Assembly (NCBI GenBank): GCA_023898665.1 | Contig: CP060233.1 | Span: 420,368 to 484,367 of the forward strand | Direction of reading: 5' to 3' | From: Candidatus Nomurabacteria bacterium | GTDB lineage: Bacteria; Patescibacteriota; Saccharimonadia; Saccharimonadales; HK-STAS-PATE-42 | DNA: 64,000 bases | Part shown: positions 1-9,242 of the stretch, in pieces | Layout: each line of letters starts with the position of its first letter | How positions within the stretch are numbered: the first letter of the stretch is position 1 | Translations under genes and position numbers: made by a program | The notes under the pieces: model-generated | Told to the model about the DNA's origin: nothing | Databases searched by the model: none | Seen by the model: the letters and a program-made list of their open reading frames with translations, nothing else

Positions 1-142
1 CCGCTTTTTTAGAGCTTTCTAAATCAGTTCCGATGCATATGAACTTAATTACACCTAAGTCTTTCCCAGCCTTTATGACAGTTGGTGCATCTGGGTAGCC
101 ATCTTCATGTATATGACAGTGGGTGTCTATAATTTCTAGCAT
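1..142 (-). CDS. TatD-family metal-dependent hydrolase, N-terminal part (gene runs off the window start)
   Basis: Reverse translation from the ATG at 142..140 gives MLEIIDTHCHIHEDGYPDAPTVIKAG. DTHCH is the typical TatD N-terminal metal-binding motif. Confidence 0.6.
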   Translation of the reverse strand, partial: MLEIIDTHCHIHEDGYPDAPTVIKAGKDLGVIKFICIGTDLESSKKA

Positions 143-246
143 TTTTAAACTGTAGTTTTGAGATTACTTATTATACATCCTTATATATCATATTACTTTT
201 TATCTGATATAATTGTGCTTAAGTTTAGGTATTATTTTATAATTTT

Positions 247-1572
247 ATGTTTGGTGGGAAGAAAAAAGATTCGCTAGATATTATTGCTGAATCTCATAGG
301 CTAAATGATCAAATGATAAATGGAGATCCTGAGAAAAAACCCAACAACAAAGATAGTTTAAAAAGGGTTTTTTATATTTTCGTAGGCTTGTTTATAGCTA
401 GCTTGTTAGCTACTTTGGTATACATTATTTTGTTAAAACCTGAGCCAGCCAAACCAGCTCCTACTCCAGAGCCTAAACCTTTAATATCTTTGTTAAAGAT
501 TGAAGGTGATGAAGAACTAAAGAACTTAGTTTATGGTAGCGATTACTCCGTCAGTACTTCTGGTAAGAATTACCTAGTATCAGTAAATAAGGTACCAAAA
601 AGATTAATTTATAACGGCAAAGAGGTGTATAGAGGTGATGATTTAGTTAATTCTAATCTAAGTAAGGATGGAAAGCACTGGGCGCTAGAAACCGTGAGAG
701 ATGAGGTTAGATCAAAAAGAGATGAGAATACTAAGATAGTTCAAAATACTAATGTAAGAGTTAGCACTATATATATTAACGGCCAGAAATGGGGAGAGAA
801 AGATGACTCCAGACTACTTGCAGTTACAAATAGTGGCGCTCCAGTAATTTTATCTAAGACTGGAAAACAAACTCCAAGCCAGTATGGTGAAGCACTTAGC
901 GAAGAGATAATCTACTTCGGAGCTACAGAAAAGTTTAAGACTAGCTATGGAGTAGTTAACTTCTTAATGAACAGTGATGGGAGTAATTGGTTAGTTACAA
1001 CTGCTAATCCAAGTACTAAAGAAGCCGTCGATTTATTTGTTAATAATACAAAAAAAGAATCATTGGATGCTCGAATTCTAAAAAGACTAAGCATAGATGA
1101 CCAAGGGAACTATTTAGTTGGTTTTTGTAAAGATAATGTGAATAGTACAGGTGTTGGAGTTATTGGTAAGGACTGTCAGGTAAGCGTAAATGGTAAAACA
1201 AGGACTTCTATATCGGGTACCGTGTATCTTGCTCAAACTTTAGGATCTTTAGAAACTTATGCTGGAGTAGATCGTGAACTTAAGCAAAGTTTTATTAAAA
1301 ACATAAGAACTGATTTGGCCTTAGAGCATAGAAAAGATATTGATGATGATCCTGAGACTATGCTTGGTGTCTACTTGAACGGTCGAGGTGACAAGTTCGC
1401 TGTTACGAGTACTCGTGTAATCAATAACAGAATTAAAGTGAGCATAAGTATTAATGGTGAAATAATTGAGAATAAGATATTTTCAGCTAGTCTATTTGGT
1501 TTTGGCGTAGATGAAAATGAAGCAACATTATTTATATACGAGTTACCAAATAAATCTTTGCAAACAGATTAA
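247..1572 (+). CDS. hypothetical membrane-anchored protein (N-terminal TM helix, large extracytoplasmic domain)
   Basis: 441-aa ORF with hydrophobic segment VFYIFVGLFIASLLATLVYIILL followed by a Pro-rich linker. No family recognised. Confidence 0.5.
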   Translation: MFGGKKKDSLDIIAESHRLNDQMINGDPEKKPNNKDSLKRVFYIFVGLFIASLLATLVYIILLKPEPAKPAPTPEPKPLISLLKIEGDEELKNLVYGSDYSVSTSGKNYLVSVNKVPKRLIYNGKEVYRGDDLVNSNLSKDGKHWALETVRDEVRSKRDENTKIVQNTNVRVSTIYINGQKWGEKDDSRLLAVTNSGAPVILSKTGKQTPSQYGEALSEEIIYFGATEKFKTSYGVVNFLMNSDGSNWLVTTANPSTKEAVDLFVNNTKKESLDARILKRLSIDDQGNYLVGFCKDNVNSTGVGVIGKDCQVSVNGKTRTSISGTVYLAQTLGSLETYAGVDRELKQSFIKNIRTDLALEHRKDIDDDPETMLGVYLNGRGDKFAVTSTRVINNRIKVSISINGEIIENKIFSASLFGFGVDENEATLFIYELPNKSLQTD

Positions 1573-1607
1573 TTTAATATTTAATAGTAAATAATTAAGT
1601 TTAGAGA

Positions 1608-2231
1608 TTAGGATGACCTGGATGATATTGTTTTTAGCTTCTTTGATTCTTCTTCTACTTCTTCTGCAAGCTCCGGAGCACCTATCTGTCTGTAGGCATG
1701 CGCTAGTTGTGCAGAAGCAGTACCTCCTGGACTAAGCCTATGAGCTTTTTCTAGCTCTTTTATGGCAGCCTTTGGTTCATCCATCTTCTCTAATGTTTTT
1801 GCTAGGATTATTCTTCTTCCGGGGTTTTCAGGATCTTTATCAATTGATTGTTCAAAGGCCCTTGCTGCTTTTTCGTATTGTCCATCATTAAAATATATTA
1901 AACCTAAGTTATGTAGACTGCTGGCATTTTGGTTAATCCCGCTGCTTATTTCGAAACACTCTATTGCCTCTTTTTTTAAGCCTTGTTGGGCATATATAAT
2001 CCCTAGTTTGTTGTAGGCACCATAATTTTTACTATCAAGTTTTAGTAAAGCGAGAAGTGATCTTTCTGCTCTACTCTTATCATTTTTTACTAAGTTTTGG
2101 TGTGCATCTTGCCACAATCTTCTTAGTTGACCCTGCATAAGATTGGTGTTGTAGTTTTCTACTACATGCTGTCTGGCAAGTAGCCAAAGGCTAAGTGCAA
2201 AAATTGCTATGTATGTAAATAGTTCGTTCAC
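1608..2231 (-). CDS. TPR-repeat protein with N-terminal TM anchor
   Basis: 207-aa ORF with a GTG start. Repeated A..YN.LG..Y...G....A...F..A / LG.IYF..G.YEKA patterns are typical of TPR units. Confidence 0.7.
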   Translation of the reverse strand: MNELFTYIAIFALSLWLLARQHVVENYNTNLMQGQLRRLWQDAHQNLVKNDKSRAERSLLALLKLDSKNYGAYNKLGIIYAQQGLKKEAIECFEISSGINQNASSLHNLGLIYFNDGQYEKAARAFEQSIDKDPENPGRRIILAKTLEKMDEPKAAIKELEKAHRLSPGGTASAQLAHAYRQIGAPELAEEVEEESKKLKTISSRSS

Positions 2232-2276
2232 TTTTTAGTCTTATTAATAAACTAGGTATTATGATTAAGTTTAGGC

Positions 2277-2302
2277 TAAAATGAGCTGATTGTACAGCTC
2301 AT
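2277..2302 (-). terminator. hairpin terminator downstream of tRNA-His
   Basis: Perfect 8-bp inverted repeat ATGAGCTG / CAGCTCAT (2281-2288 / 2295-2302) with a 6-nt loop. A U4 run follows on the minus-strand transcript. Confidence 0.55.
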
Positions 2303-2332
2303 TTATAATAACCCTCTTTAAATTACTCTATC

Positions 2333-2410
2333 TGGGGCGAGCTATGGGGATCGAACCCACGACCTTCGGAACCACAACCCGACGCTCTAACCAACTGAGC
2401 TAAGCTCGCC
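2333..2410 (-). tRNA. tRNA-His (anticodon GTG), encoded G-1 and CCA
   Basis: Reverse complement folds by hand into a cloverleaf. Acceptor is GCGAGCT/AGCTCGC with an extra 5' G opposite C73. Anticodon loop is TTGTGGT, T-loop is TTCGATC, and CCA is encoded. Confidence 0.9.
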
Positions 2411-2424
2411 ATTCTTAATAACTC

Positions 2425-2433
2425 ATTATAACA
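2425..2433 (-). promoter_or_regulatory. extended -10 promoter TGTTATAAT for tRNA-His
   Basis: Minus strand reads CTGTTATAAT 14 nt upstream of the mature tRNA 5' end. The same 10-mer precedes tRNA-Pro and tRNA-Trp. Confidence 0.6.
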
Positions 2434-2500
2434 GAGATAAACATTAAATTTAACGCTTAAGCTTGCTTAAGCTTAGTAAAAGAGTATATTAAATATTAAT

Positions 2501-2815
2501 ATGGTAAAAGTAAATTTTGAAGTAGTAGGATCAACACTTGCAGTTGCAGTGATAGGTGTAATAATCAGCGCTATTGGATATGGCGCTATAGAGATTGCTT
2601 CTAGGGACGAAATTACTTTAGACTCAATTTTAATTCATTCAGACGATTGCAGTGAAAGTGATGAGGTTGGTGATTTGGCTTTTGGAGATGTAGATTATGC
2701 TCAAGAATATGCTGATGAGCATGGAGGGCCTCAATCAGTGTGCTATGTTGTGAGTGAAGAATATACTGTTGGCGGTACGACAACAGAAGGTAAGATTTGG
2801 TATTCTGTCAGGTAG
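2501..2815 (+). CDS. small hypothetical protein (N-terminal TM helix, acidic C-terminal part)
   Basis: 104-aa ORF with hydrophobic stretch LAVAVIGVIISAIGYGAI. No family recognised. Confidence 0.45.
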   Translation: MVKVNFEVVGSTLAVAVIGVIISAIGYGAIEIASRDEITLDSILIHSDDCSESDEVGDLAFGDVDYAQEYADEHGGPQSVCYVVSEEYTVGGTTTEGKIWYSVR

Positions 2816-2988
2816 GCAATGAGTTGATAGAACTTAATGTCGTATGAAAGAGTGGTTTATTGGTGAAAGAAAGATAAAAGAGCTTCCTATAAATGTTTCG
2901 AATGAAGATATAGGTAAGTACTTTTGTTATGTCGGAAGAATGGAATCAGGCCAGGAGGCTGAGCTTAACCCAGATGATAGGGTAGAGC

Positions 2989-3951
2989 TTAGGTTGAGGG
3001 ATTAGTTGCTTTGGTTAGCTGGAGGGCTTTTCTAACTATATTTGTACTCGTTATTCCGTAGTGTCTGAACAGCTCTTCTGGAGTGCCACTTTGGCCAAAT
3101 TTATCGTCAATCCCTATTCTGACAACAGGAATTGGATAGCTTTCTGATATCACTTCAGCTATTAACGAGCCAAATCCTCCGCTAACTTGATGATCTTCAA
3201 CAGTGATAAATCTTCTAGTTTTTTTGGCTGACTGAATAATTAGATCTCTATCAATCGGCTTTATGGTCGGAAAATGCAGGACTTCGGCATCTATACCGTG
3301 TTCTCTAAGTTTAATTCCGGCCTCAAGTGCATGCCAGGTTGCTGTTCCGCTGGAAAGTATAGTGATCTGATGTCCGTCTTTAAGCTTAACCCCTTCTCCT
3401 ATTTTAAATTTAGTGTCTGGGTGAGTAAAAACAGGTACATCTTGGCGGGATAATCTTAAATAACTTGGAGATTTTGTCTTAGCAATAGCTAAAGTAATCT
3501 TTTCTGCCTCAATTGAGTCGGCTGGAGCAAAAACCTGCATGTTTGGTAGGACTCTCATAAGGGCGATGTCTTCAAGCATCTGATGAGTTGCGCCGTCATG
3601 GCCTACTCCTAGCCCGGCGTGTGAGCCGACTATTTTAACGTTTTGATTATTTAAACAAATAGTTGTTCTTATTTGCTCCCAACATCTCCCAGGGCAAAAA
3701 GCAGCATAACTACTGGCAAATGGTATTTTGCCTATTTTGGCCATTCCACTTGCAACGGTTACTAAGTTTTGCTCAGCTACTCCAACTTCAATTAACCTTT
3801 CTGGGAATTCGTCTCTAAGTTTACCCATTCCGGTACTTTCAACTAAATCTGCGCTTAAGCCCACAACCTGTTGATCTTTTTGTGCAGCTTTTAGCAAGCC
3901 CCTACCAAAACCGACTTTAATGGGTTCCATTCTAATGCTTAAATTAATCAT
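2989..3951 (-). CDS. transketolase, C-terminal (pyrimidine-binding/C-terminal domain) subunit
   Basis: 320 aa. Motifs EVGVAEQNLV, GSHAGLGVGHDGATHQ and TVEDH match the transketolase/DXS Pyr and C-terminal domains. It overlaps the N-terminal subunit gene by 8 nt. Confidence 0.9.
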   Translation of the reverse strand: MINLSIRMEPIKVGFGRGLLKAAQKDQQVVGLSADLVESTGMGKLRDEFPERLIEVGVAEQNLVTVASGMAKIGKIPFASSYAAFCPGRCWEQIRTTICLNNQNVKIVGSHAGLGVGHDGATHQMLEDIALMRVLPNMQVFAPADSIEAEKITLAIAKTKSPSYLRLSRQDVPVFTHPDTKFKIGEGVKLKDGHQITILSSGTATWHALEAGIKLREHGIDAEVLHFPTIKPIDRDLIIQSAKKTRRFITVEDHQVSGGFGSLIAEVISESYPIPVVRIGIDDKFGQSGTPEELFRHYGITSTNIVRKALQLTKATNPST

Positions 3952-4792
3952 AGACGACCTTTCCTTTTAGAGACCTAAGATCATGGATAGCCTCTCTGGC
4001 TTGTTTGTGGCTAGGGGCTTCGCTGTGCCAATGGAAGTCTCCTTCCATAAAATGTACCCCTTTACCCGGTATTGTGTGGGCAATGATAATGCTTGGTCTT
4101 TCAGAAACAGCTCTTGCCATCGCGCAGGCATCAATAATCGCTTCGATGTTGTGCCCGTCAACTTCTTGGATATGCCAGCCAAAAGATTCCCATTTATCTT
4201 TTAGGTTTTCAAGTGGCATCACTTTCTCTGTTGGACCATCTATCTGGATATTGTTTCTGTCGAGAATTGCAGTTAAGTTATCTAACTGATATTTGGCACT
4301 AAACATAGCTGCTTCCCAAATATTGCCTTCATTAAGCTCGCCATCGCTTAAGGTTAGATATATATGTCTGTGGGGACTTTTATCAAGTTTAAGGGCTAGA
4401 GCCATTCCTGCAGCTTGAGATAAACCAGATCCTAGTGGTCCAGATGTATTCTCTAAGCCAGGAAGACTACTTCTTTCTGGGTGGCCTTGCAATCTTGACC
4501 CGAATTCTCTCAAAGTAAGTAATTCTTTTTTAGGAAAGTAACCTGAATGAGCCATCGCGGCATATTGGACTGGGGCACAATGACCGTTACTCATTAAAAA
4601 GATATCTCTTTCGCTCCACTCAGGATCTTTTGGATCATGTCTTAAGACTCTAAAGTATAGGGCTGTAATGATATCTGCCATTCCAAGAGGTCCAGCAGCA
4701 TGACCTGAGCCTGCTTTTTCTAGCATTTCTATAATGCTTTCTCTAATTTTTTCAGCCTGATCCTCGAGCTGCTTAATAGTTTTATCTTTCAT
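3944..4792 (-). CDS. transketolase, N-terminal (TPP-binding) subunit
   Basis: 282 aa. Motifs SGHAAGPLGMADI, MSNGHCAP and LSDGELNEGNIWEA (TPP-binding GDG-like motif). Split two-gene transketolase arrangement. Confidence 0.9.
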   Translation of the reverse strand: MKDKTIKQLEDQAEKIRESIIEMLEKAGSGHAAGPLGMADIITALYFRVLRHDPKDPEWSERDIFLMSNGHCAPVQYAAMAHSGYFPKKELLTLREFGSRLQGHPERSSLPGLENTSGPLGSGLSQAAGMALALKLDKSPHRHIYLTLSDGELNEGNIWEAAMFSAKYQLDNLTAILDRNNIQIDGPTEKVMPLENLKDKWESFGWHIQEVDGHNIEAIIDACAMARAVSERPSIIIAHTIPGKGVHFMEGDFHWHSEAPSHKQAREAIHDLRSLKGKVVYD

Positions 4793-4878
4793 TATTCTTG
4801 TACTGCTTTCTCAATTAGTTTGATATTTTGTTGCATTTTTTTCCAGGCGTCTAGTTTTAGAATCTCTTCTTTTTTTAT

Positions 4879-6336
4879 CTATCTGATGTTTCTGCCTTTC
4901 CAATCTACCTTGCCGAATTCGTACTTATACATTGATGTTAAGTTCAGGTAAACCTCTACCACTATCATTATTGGTAGATTAAATATGGCTAAGAACCAGC
5001 CACTCGGGTTTACTCGTGTCACTAACATTAGATGAGATAACCACCAAAAGATTGTTGCAATAACTCCTAAAATAACACTTAGGGTATATTGCTGAGTTGT
5101 AATTGCCTCGTATAGCCCAAGAGCTGGAGCGACTAAAGCTGCTAAGATTAATAAAATCATGTAGCATACTAGTGCTGGATTTCTGCCAATATGAGGGTAG
5201 TAGCTTCTAACTGAAGAATCCCATAAGCTCGATAGCTTTTTTCTTGTTATGACTCCATCATCTGCATTAGCAAAGGCATAAAAATAAGAGTCAGTTGAGT
5301 AAAGTTTAGTAGCTAAGTTTTTTTCTGGGTTTACTACATCAGGTATTTCTGTAAAAGTCTTTAAGTCAAGTAGAGCTGATTTCTCGACCATCCATAGGCT
5401 ACTAGAGACTGGGGGACGCTTTAGTAAATTTCTAAATGTAGTCTGCCATAGTAATCTTAGGGGCTGAAGAAGCTGGGGCCAGAAATCTAGATGTAATAGC
5501 ATTGGCTGGAGAGAAATCATCTTATATGTATAGAATTTTGAGAATTGGATCATCCTACTGATTGTTCTGGGTGATATTTTTGTATCGACTCCTAAGAATA
5601 AAATGTAATCACCACTTGCTTCTTGTGTTAATCTCTCGAAAGCCCAGTTTTGTCCTAGCCAGCCAAGTGGAGGCTCTTGGCCCGAGATGAATCTAACTCC
5701 ATTGTTAGCGTAAAAGCTCATTAGGCTTCCGGTTCCGTCTGTACTGCAGTCATCAAGTACTATAACCTCCATCTTTTCGTAATCGGAGCTTAATACAGCA
5801 TTTAAACAGTCGGCTAAAGCTTTATCCTCGTTTCTGGCGGCGATAGCGACAGTTACAGTTGGTTGCTGGGCTTTACTAAGCTTTGGTGTTTTATAAAGTC
5901 TAGACTTACTGATAGTTCTTATAACATTAAATAAAGCCGTAACTGACCCCACAAAGCTTATGCCTATTACAGAATCTACAAACAAGCTAAAGTTTAGGGA
6001 TTGGGTGAGTTGAATCTCAAGAGAAAATATTAGGCAGAGTCCTAATAGTAAGAATGCAGTGTTTGTCCAGATAGAAGCTGACATACTTTTGTTATCTATT
6101 CTGTCTGAGCCGTATCTTAAGAAGTTGAAACTTAAAAATAGAATTAAAGTAGCCATAACATAAATGCTGATATCAAAGCCATATTGGTAGAGCCAGAATA
6201 ATGAAGTTAAGTTTAGAGCGGATATAACTTGATTTAGAGATTTAGTTATAAGATTTGGTTTTAAAAAGCATATAATAGACGATAATAAGCTAGTTATAGC
6301 TGCTGTCTCTACTGCGTATATTAGGTAGATGTTCAT
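4879..6336 (-). CDS. polytopic membrane glycosyltransferase, family 2
   Basis: 485 aa. The GT2 core VTVAIAARNEDKAL...VIVLDDCSTDGT is flanked by multiple N- and C-terminal TM helices. Confidence 0.75.
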   Translation of the reverse strand: MNIYLIYAVETAAITSLLSSIICFLKPNLITKSLNQVISALNLTSLFWLYQYGFDISIYVMATLILFLSFNFLRYGSDRIDNKSMSASIWTNTAFLLLGLCLIFSLEIQLTQSLNFSLFVDSVIGISFVGSVTALFNVIRTISKSRLYKTPKLSKAQQPTVTVAIAARNEDKALADCLNAVLSSDYEKMEVIVLDDCSTDGTGSLMSFYANNGVRFISGQEPPLGWLGQNWAFERLTQEASGDYILFLGVDTKISPRTISRMIQFSKFYTYKMISLQPMLLHLDFWPQLLQPLRLLWQTTFRNLLKRPPVSSSLWMVEKSALLDLKTFTEIPDVVNPEKNLATKLYSTDSYFYAFANADDGVITRKKLSSLWDSSVRSYYPHIGRNPALVCYMILLILAALVAPALGLYEAITTQQYTLSVILGVIATIFWWLSHLMLVTRVNPSGWFLAIFNLPIMIVVEVYLNLTSMYKYEFGKVDWKGRNIR

Positions 6337-6369
6337 TTTTCTCCAACCATCTATTTATTCTCCATTATA

Positions 6370-7521
6370 TTGCTTATGATTTTATCAAATAATAATGATA
6401 AACTTAAGCTATATATGAGTGGAGATATTATCGCGATTTTAGTTGTGCTACTGTTTGGCTTTATTGGTCTAGGTTCTTTGTTAGTTAACAAGCTAGGAGA
6501 TCTACAGAGTAATGAGGATAATTCAAAAGAAAATGAAGTTCTTAGACAAGATATACAGTTTTTAGAGCAAAAGCTGGCTACGTTAAATGAGACAATGCGA
6601 GATCAGATGAACACTCGTCTTGATAAGAATCATGAGTTAATGAGCTCAACTTTTCAGAAACAGTTTAAGCAGTCTCAAGATATTATTGCTGATGTTAATA
6701 CTCGTCTCGCTAGACTTGATGAAGCTAATAAGAAGGTAGTTGATGTGACTAGTGAGTTAAAAACTCTTCAGAATGTTTTGCAAAATCCTAAACAACGAGG
6801 AGTTTTGGGTGAGTATCATTTAGAAACGGTTTTAGCTAATGTTTTACCGCCTGGTAGATTTGAACTGCAGTATAAGTTTAAAAATGGAGAAGCTGTGGAT
6901 GCAGTGGTTTTTCTGCAAGATGGTAAAGTACTTCCGGTAGATTCTAAGTTTAGTTTAGAGAATTACAATCGTTTAGTTGATGCTAATGACAAAGATCGTC
7001 GAGAGGCTCTTGCTAATCTATTTAAATCTGATTTAAAAAAGAGAATTGATGAGACAGCTAAATATATTAAGCCTAGTGAGAACACTATGGATTTTGCTTT
7101 TATGTTTATCCCAAGTGAGGCTATTTATTATGATCTTTTAGTGAACAAGGTTGGCGCGAGTGGTGTCCAGGCCCGAGATTTATTGGAGTACGCCTTCCAA
7201 GATAAAAAAGTTATTATTGTCAGCCCAACCAGCTTTATGGCGTATCTACAAACTGTTCTGCAAGGGCTTAGAAGTTTGCATATCGAAGAGCAGGCAAAGG
7301 AGATTCAAAAAAGAGTTGGAGACTTAGCCAGGCATATTGGTAGCTATGAGAGCTTTATGCAAAGTCTCGGTAAATCTCTTGGTACAACTGTAAATCATTA
7401 TAATAAAGCCCATAAAGAGCTTGGGAAAATTGATAAAGATGTCATGAAGATCGCAGGTAAAGAAGCTAAATTAGATGCTTCTGTAGATCCAATACTACTA
7501 GACAAGCCAATCGAAGAATAG
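6370..7521 (+). CDS. rmuC: DNA recombination protein RmuC
   Basis: N-terminal TM helix, coiled coil, then RGVLGEYHLETVL...PVDSKFSLENY...FMFIPSE, characteristic of the RmuC family. The true start may be the ATG at 6415. Confidence 0.85.
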   Translation: MLMILSNNNDKLKLYMSGDIIAILVVLLFGFIGLGSLLVNKLGDLQSNEDNSKENEVLRQDIQFLEQKLATLNETMRDQMNTRLDKNHELMSSTFQKQFKQSQDIIADVNTRLARLDEANKKVVDVTSELKTLQNVLQNPKQRGVLGEYHLETVLANVLPPGRFELQYKFKNGEAVDAVVFLQDGKVLPVDSKFSLENYNRLVDANDKDRREALANLFKSDLKKRIDETAKYIKPSENTMDFAFMFIPSEAIYYDLLVNKVGASGVQARDLLEYAFQDKKVIIVSPTSFMAYLQTVLQGLRSLHIEEQAKEIQKRVGDLARHIGSYESFMQSLGKSLGTTVNHYNKAHKELGKIDKDVMKIAGKEAKLDASVDPILLDKPIEE

Positions 7522-7524
7522 AAT

Positions 7525-8595
7525 TTATTTATTTAGTCCTGATTTTACGGTTTTCCAGATGCTTGGGTCACCGTTTTGGAGGTGCCAATACCACCACTCT
7601 GCTCCCCAAAAATAAACCTCTTTTATGCCGGTCTTTTTGGCAAAGTTAATGTTCCTTTTGACGTCTTCAACGCTCATGGTTTTGTTCTGTTCTTCTAGAC
7701 TAGTGTTTTTGGTATCTCCTGAAATTGTCCATGGTTCGAGTTGGAACTCGTGAATAATACTTGGCTTGCCAGTTAGGCTCTTTTGACCTTGAGCTAAAAA
7801 GGCATAGTACCAAGCTGGGAATGGGTATGTTACATAACCTAGAGTTTTGTTATGCACTTTTCTGTAAACACTTATTCCATAAATGTCTGCTTCTGGTTTA
7901 CCCAAGGCAAAACCACCGTAGTTATTTGATCTCGTTAAAATTATTGGTGTTTTTGGATCAAGATTTTTAACTAAGTTGAATTCATCTACTAACCTTTCTC
8001 TTGAATAGTCTGGACAGATTCCAAAGTCTTTTAGAAAATACTCATTCTCTAGTTGATAACTTTCTAAAGCTGGGTTATTCTTATATCTCTTAACAACTTC
8101 GGACAAGTATATCTTGAGGCTCGGATACCATTCTTCTTTAGGTAGATTTTTAGACCATTCTGGCTGATGACATTCTGGCCATCTAGGCTGTCTTAATCCT
8201 ATAGAAAGTGAGATCTTAACTCCTTTTTTTTCAGCTTCGGCAAATTGCCAGTCTAGATCCGAGAAGTCATATTTGCCCTTTTCTTTTTCTCCTTCAGACC
8301 AGTAGCTAACTAATCTTATTTTTCTTAAGTTTAGATCATCTAATATTGCACTATAGGTTTGTTTAGGATCAAGACCATAATGCTCAGCATGACTCGATAC
8401 AAAAGTTGTGCCAAACTCGTAACCTTTATTCTTCTCTGAAAGTTGATATTTAAATGACACCAACCTCATTACAAGGATGATTAGTATTATAGTTAAGGCA
8501 AGGCTGAATAGTATTTTTTGAAGTTTACTAAAAGAGCCCCAAATACTTTTTAGGTATTTTGGGGTCTCCTTGAGTTTAGATAATCTGGTATTCAT
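7525..8595 (-). CDS. membrane-anchored TIM-barrel glycoside hydrolase (clan GH-A-like)
   Basis: 356 aa. N-terminal TM helix, a QLENEY acid/base-type motif and a later HEFQLEPW motif, as in GH5/GH42-like clan A enzymes. Family assignment is tentative. Confidence 0.5.
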   Translation of the reverse strand: MNTRLSKLKETPKYLKSIWGSFSKLQKILFSLALTIILIILVMRLVSFKYQLSEKNKGYEFGTTFVSSHAEHYGLDPKQTYSAILDDLNLRKIRLVSYWSEGEKEKGKYDFSDLDWQFAEAEKKGVKISLSIGLRQPRWPECHQPEWSKNLPKEEWYPSLKIYLSEVVKRYKNNPALESYQLENEYFLKDFGICPDYSRERLVDEFNLVKNLDPKTPIILTRSNNYGGFALGKPEADIYGISVYRKVHNKTLGYVTYPFPAWYYAFLAQGQKSLTGKPSIIHEFQLEPWTISGDTKNTSLEEQNKTMSVEDVKRNINFAKKTGIKEVYFWGAEWWYWHLQNGDPSIWKTVKSGLNK

Positions 8596-8616
8596 CTTCT
8601 ATAGTGACAATCCTTC

Positions 8617-8692
8617 TGGTCGGGGTGATAGGACTTGAACCTACGACCTCACGGTCCCAAACCGCGCGCGCTACCAACTGCGCCACACCCCG
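8617..8692 (-). tRNA. tRNA-Pro (anticodon TGG), CCA encoded
   Basis: Reverse complement is CGGGGTG..GCGC AGTTGGT AGCGC..CGCGG TTTGGGA CCGTG..GTAGG TTCAAGT CCTAT CACCCCG A CCA. Cloverleaf folded by hand. Confidence 0.9.
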
Positions 8693-8721
8693 TATAAAAA
8701 TGAGCCATCTTGTGTCTCTTA

Positions 8722-8730
8722 ATTATAACA
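8722..8730 (-). promoter_or_regulatory. extended -10 promoter TGTTATAAT for tRNA-Pro
   Basis: Minus strand reads CTGTTATAAT about 29 nt upstream of the tRNA-Pro 5' end. Confidence 0.55.
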
Positions 8731-8744
8731 GATTACCCTGTAAT

Positions 8745-9215
8745 TTATCTAAATAGCAATCCTACTGCTACGCCAAATCCACATGCTGCTCCACCTATAA
8801 GTAGTGTTTTTAGGGCGTATTTTATTTTATCGCCACCTAAGATATATCCTCTCCATAAGCCTAGAAAGAATAGGCTTAAGAACGTGAAGCTAATTATTAA
8901 CGTATTGTTGAGAGATCCAAATATCAGTAGTGGTAGCATAACCCAAAGTCCTGCCAAAAAGTAAGAGACAAGCATTGCAATCCCTTTTTTTAGTGCAGCC
9001 TCTTCTTTTTCGGGGTTATCGTCGTTGGAGATGAATTCTCCGGCCCCCATGCTGGTGGCTTCTACTACTATTGTAATGAGCCCGGCAGCAAGTACAGTCT
9101 CTTTATTTGTACCGGCTGCTATGAGACCTACTATCACTCCTGTAGTAGATACAAAACTGTCTTCTACACCAAAAACTACAGTCCTTAAGTTTTCTTTAAT
9201 GTTTTTCATATACAT
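8745..9215 (-). CDS. VIT1/CCC1-family (iron/manganese) transporter-like membrane protein
   Basis: 156 aa with several TM helices. The N-terminal VFGVEDSFVSTTGVIVGL resembles the VIT-family signature. Confidence 0.55.
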   Translation of the reverse strand: MYMKNIKENLRTVVFGVEDSFVSTTGVIVGLIAAGTNKETVLAAGLITIVVEATSMGAGEFISNDDNPEKEEAALKKGIAMLVSYFLAGLWVMLPLLIFGSLNNTLIISFTFLSLFFLGLWRGYILGGDKIKYALKTLLIGGAACGFGVAVGLLFR

Positions 9216-9242
9216 ATTTAGTATATCTTATTTATTTAAAGC

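Noticed and set aside
2844-3005. 53-codon plus-strand ORF (MKEWFIGERKIKELPINVSNEDIGKYFCYVGRMESGQEAELNPDDRVELRLRD) between 2815 and the transketolase gene
   Set aside because: It has no recognisable promoter or SD and no family similarity I can recall, and it overlaps the transketolase 3' end. It is not excluded as a real small protein, but it is unsupported.
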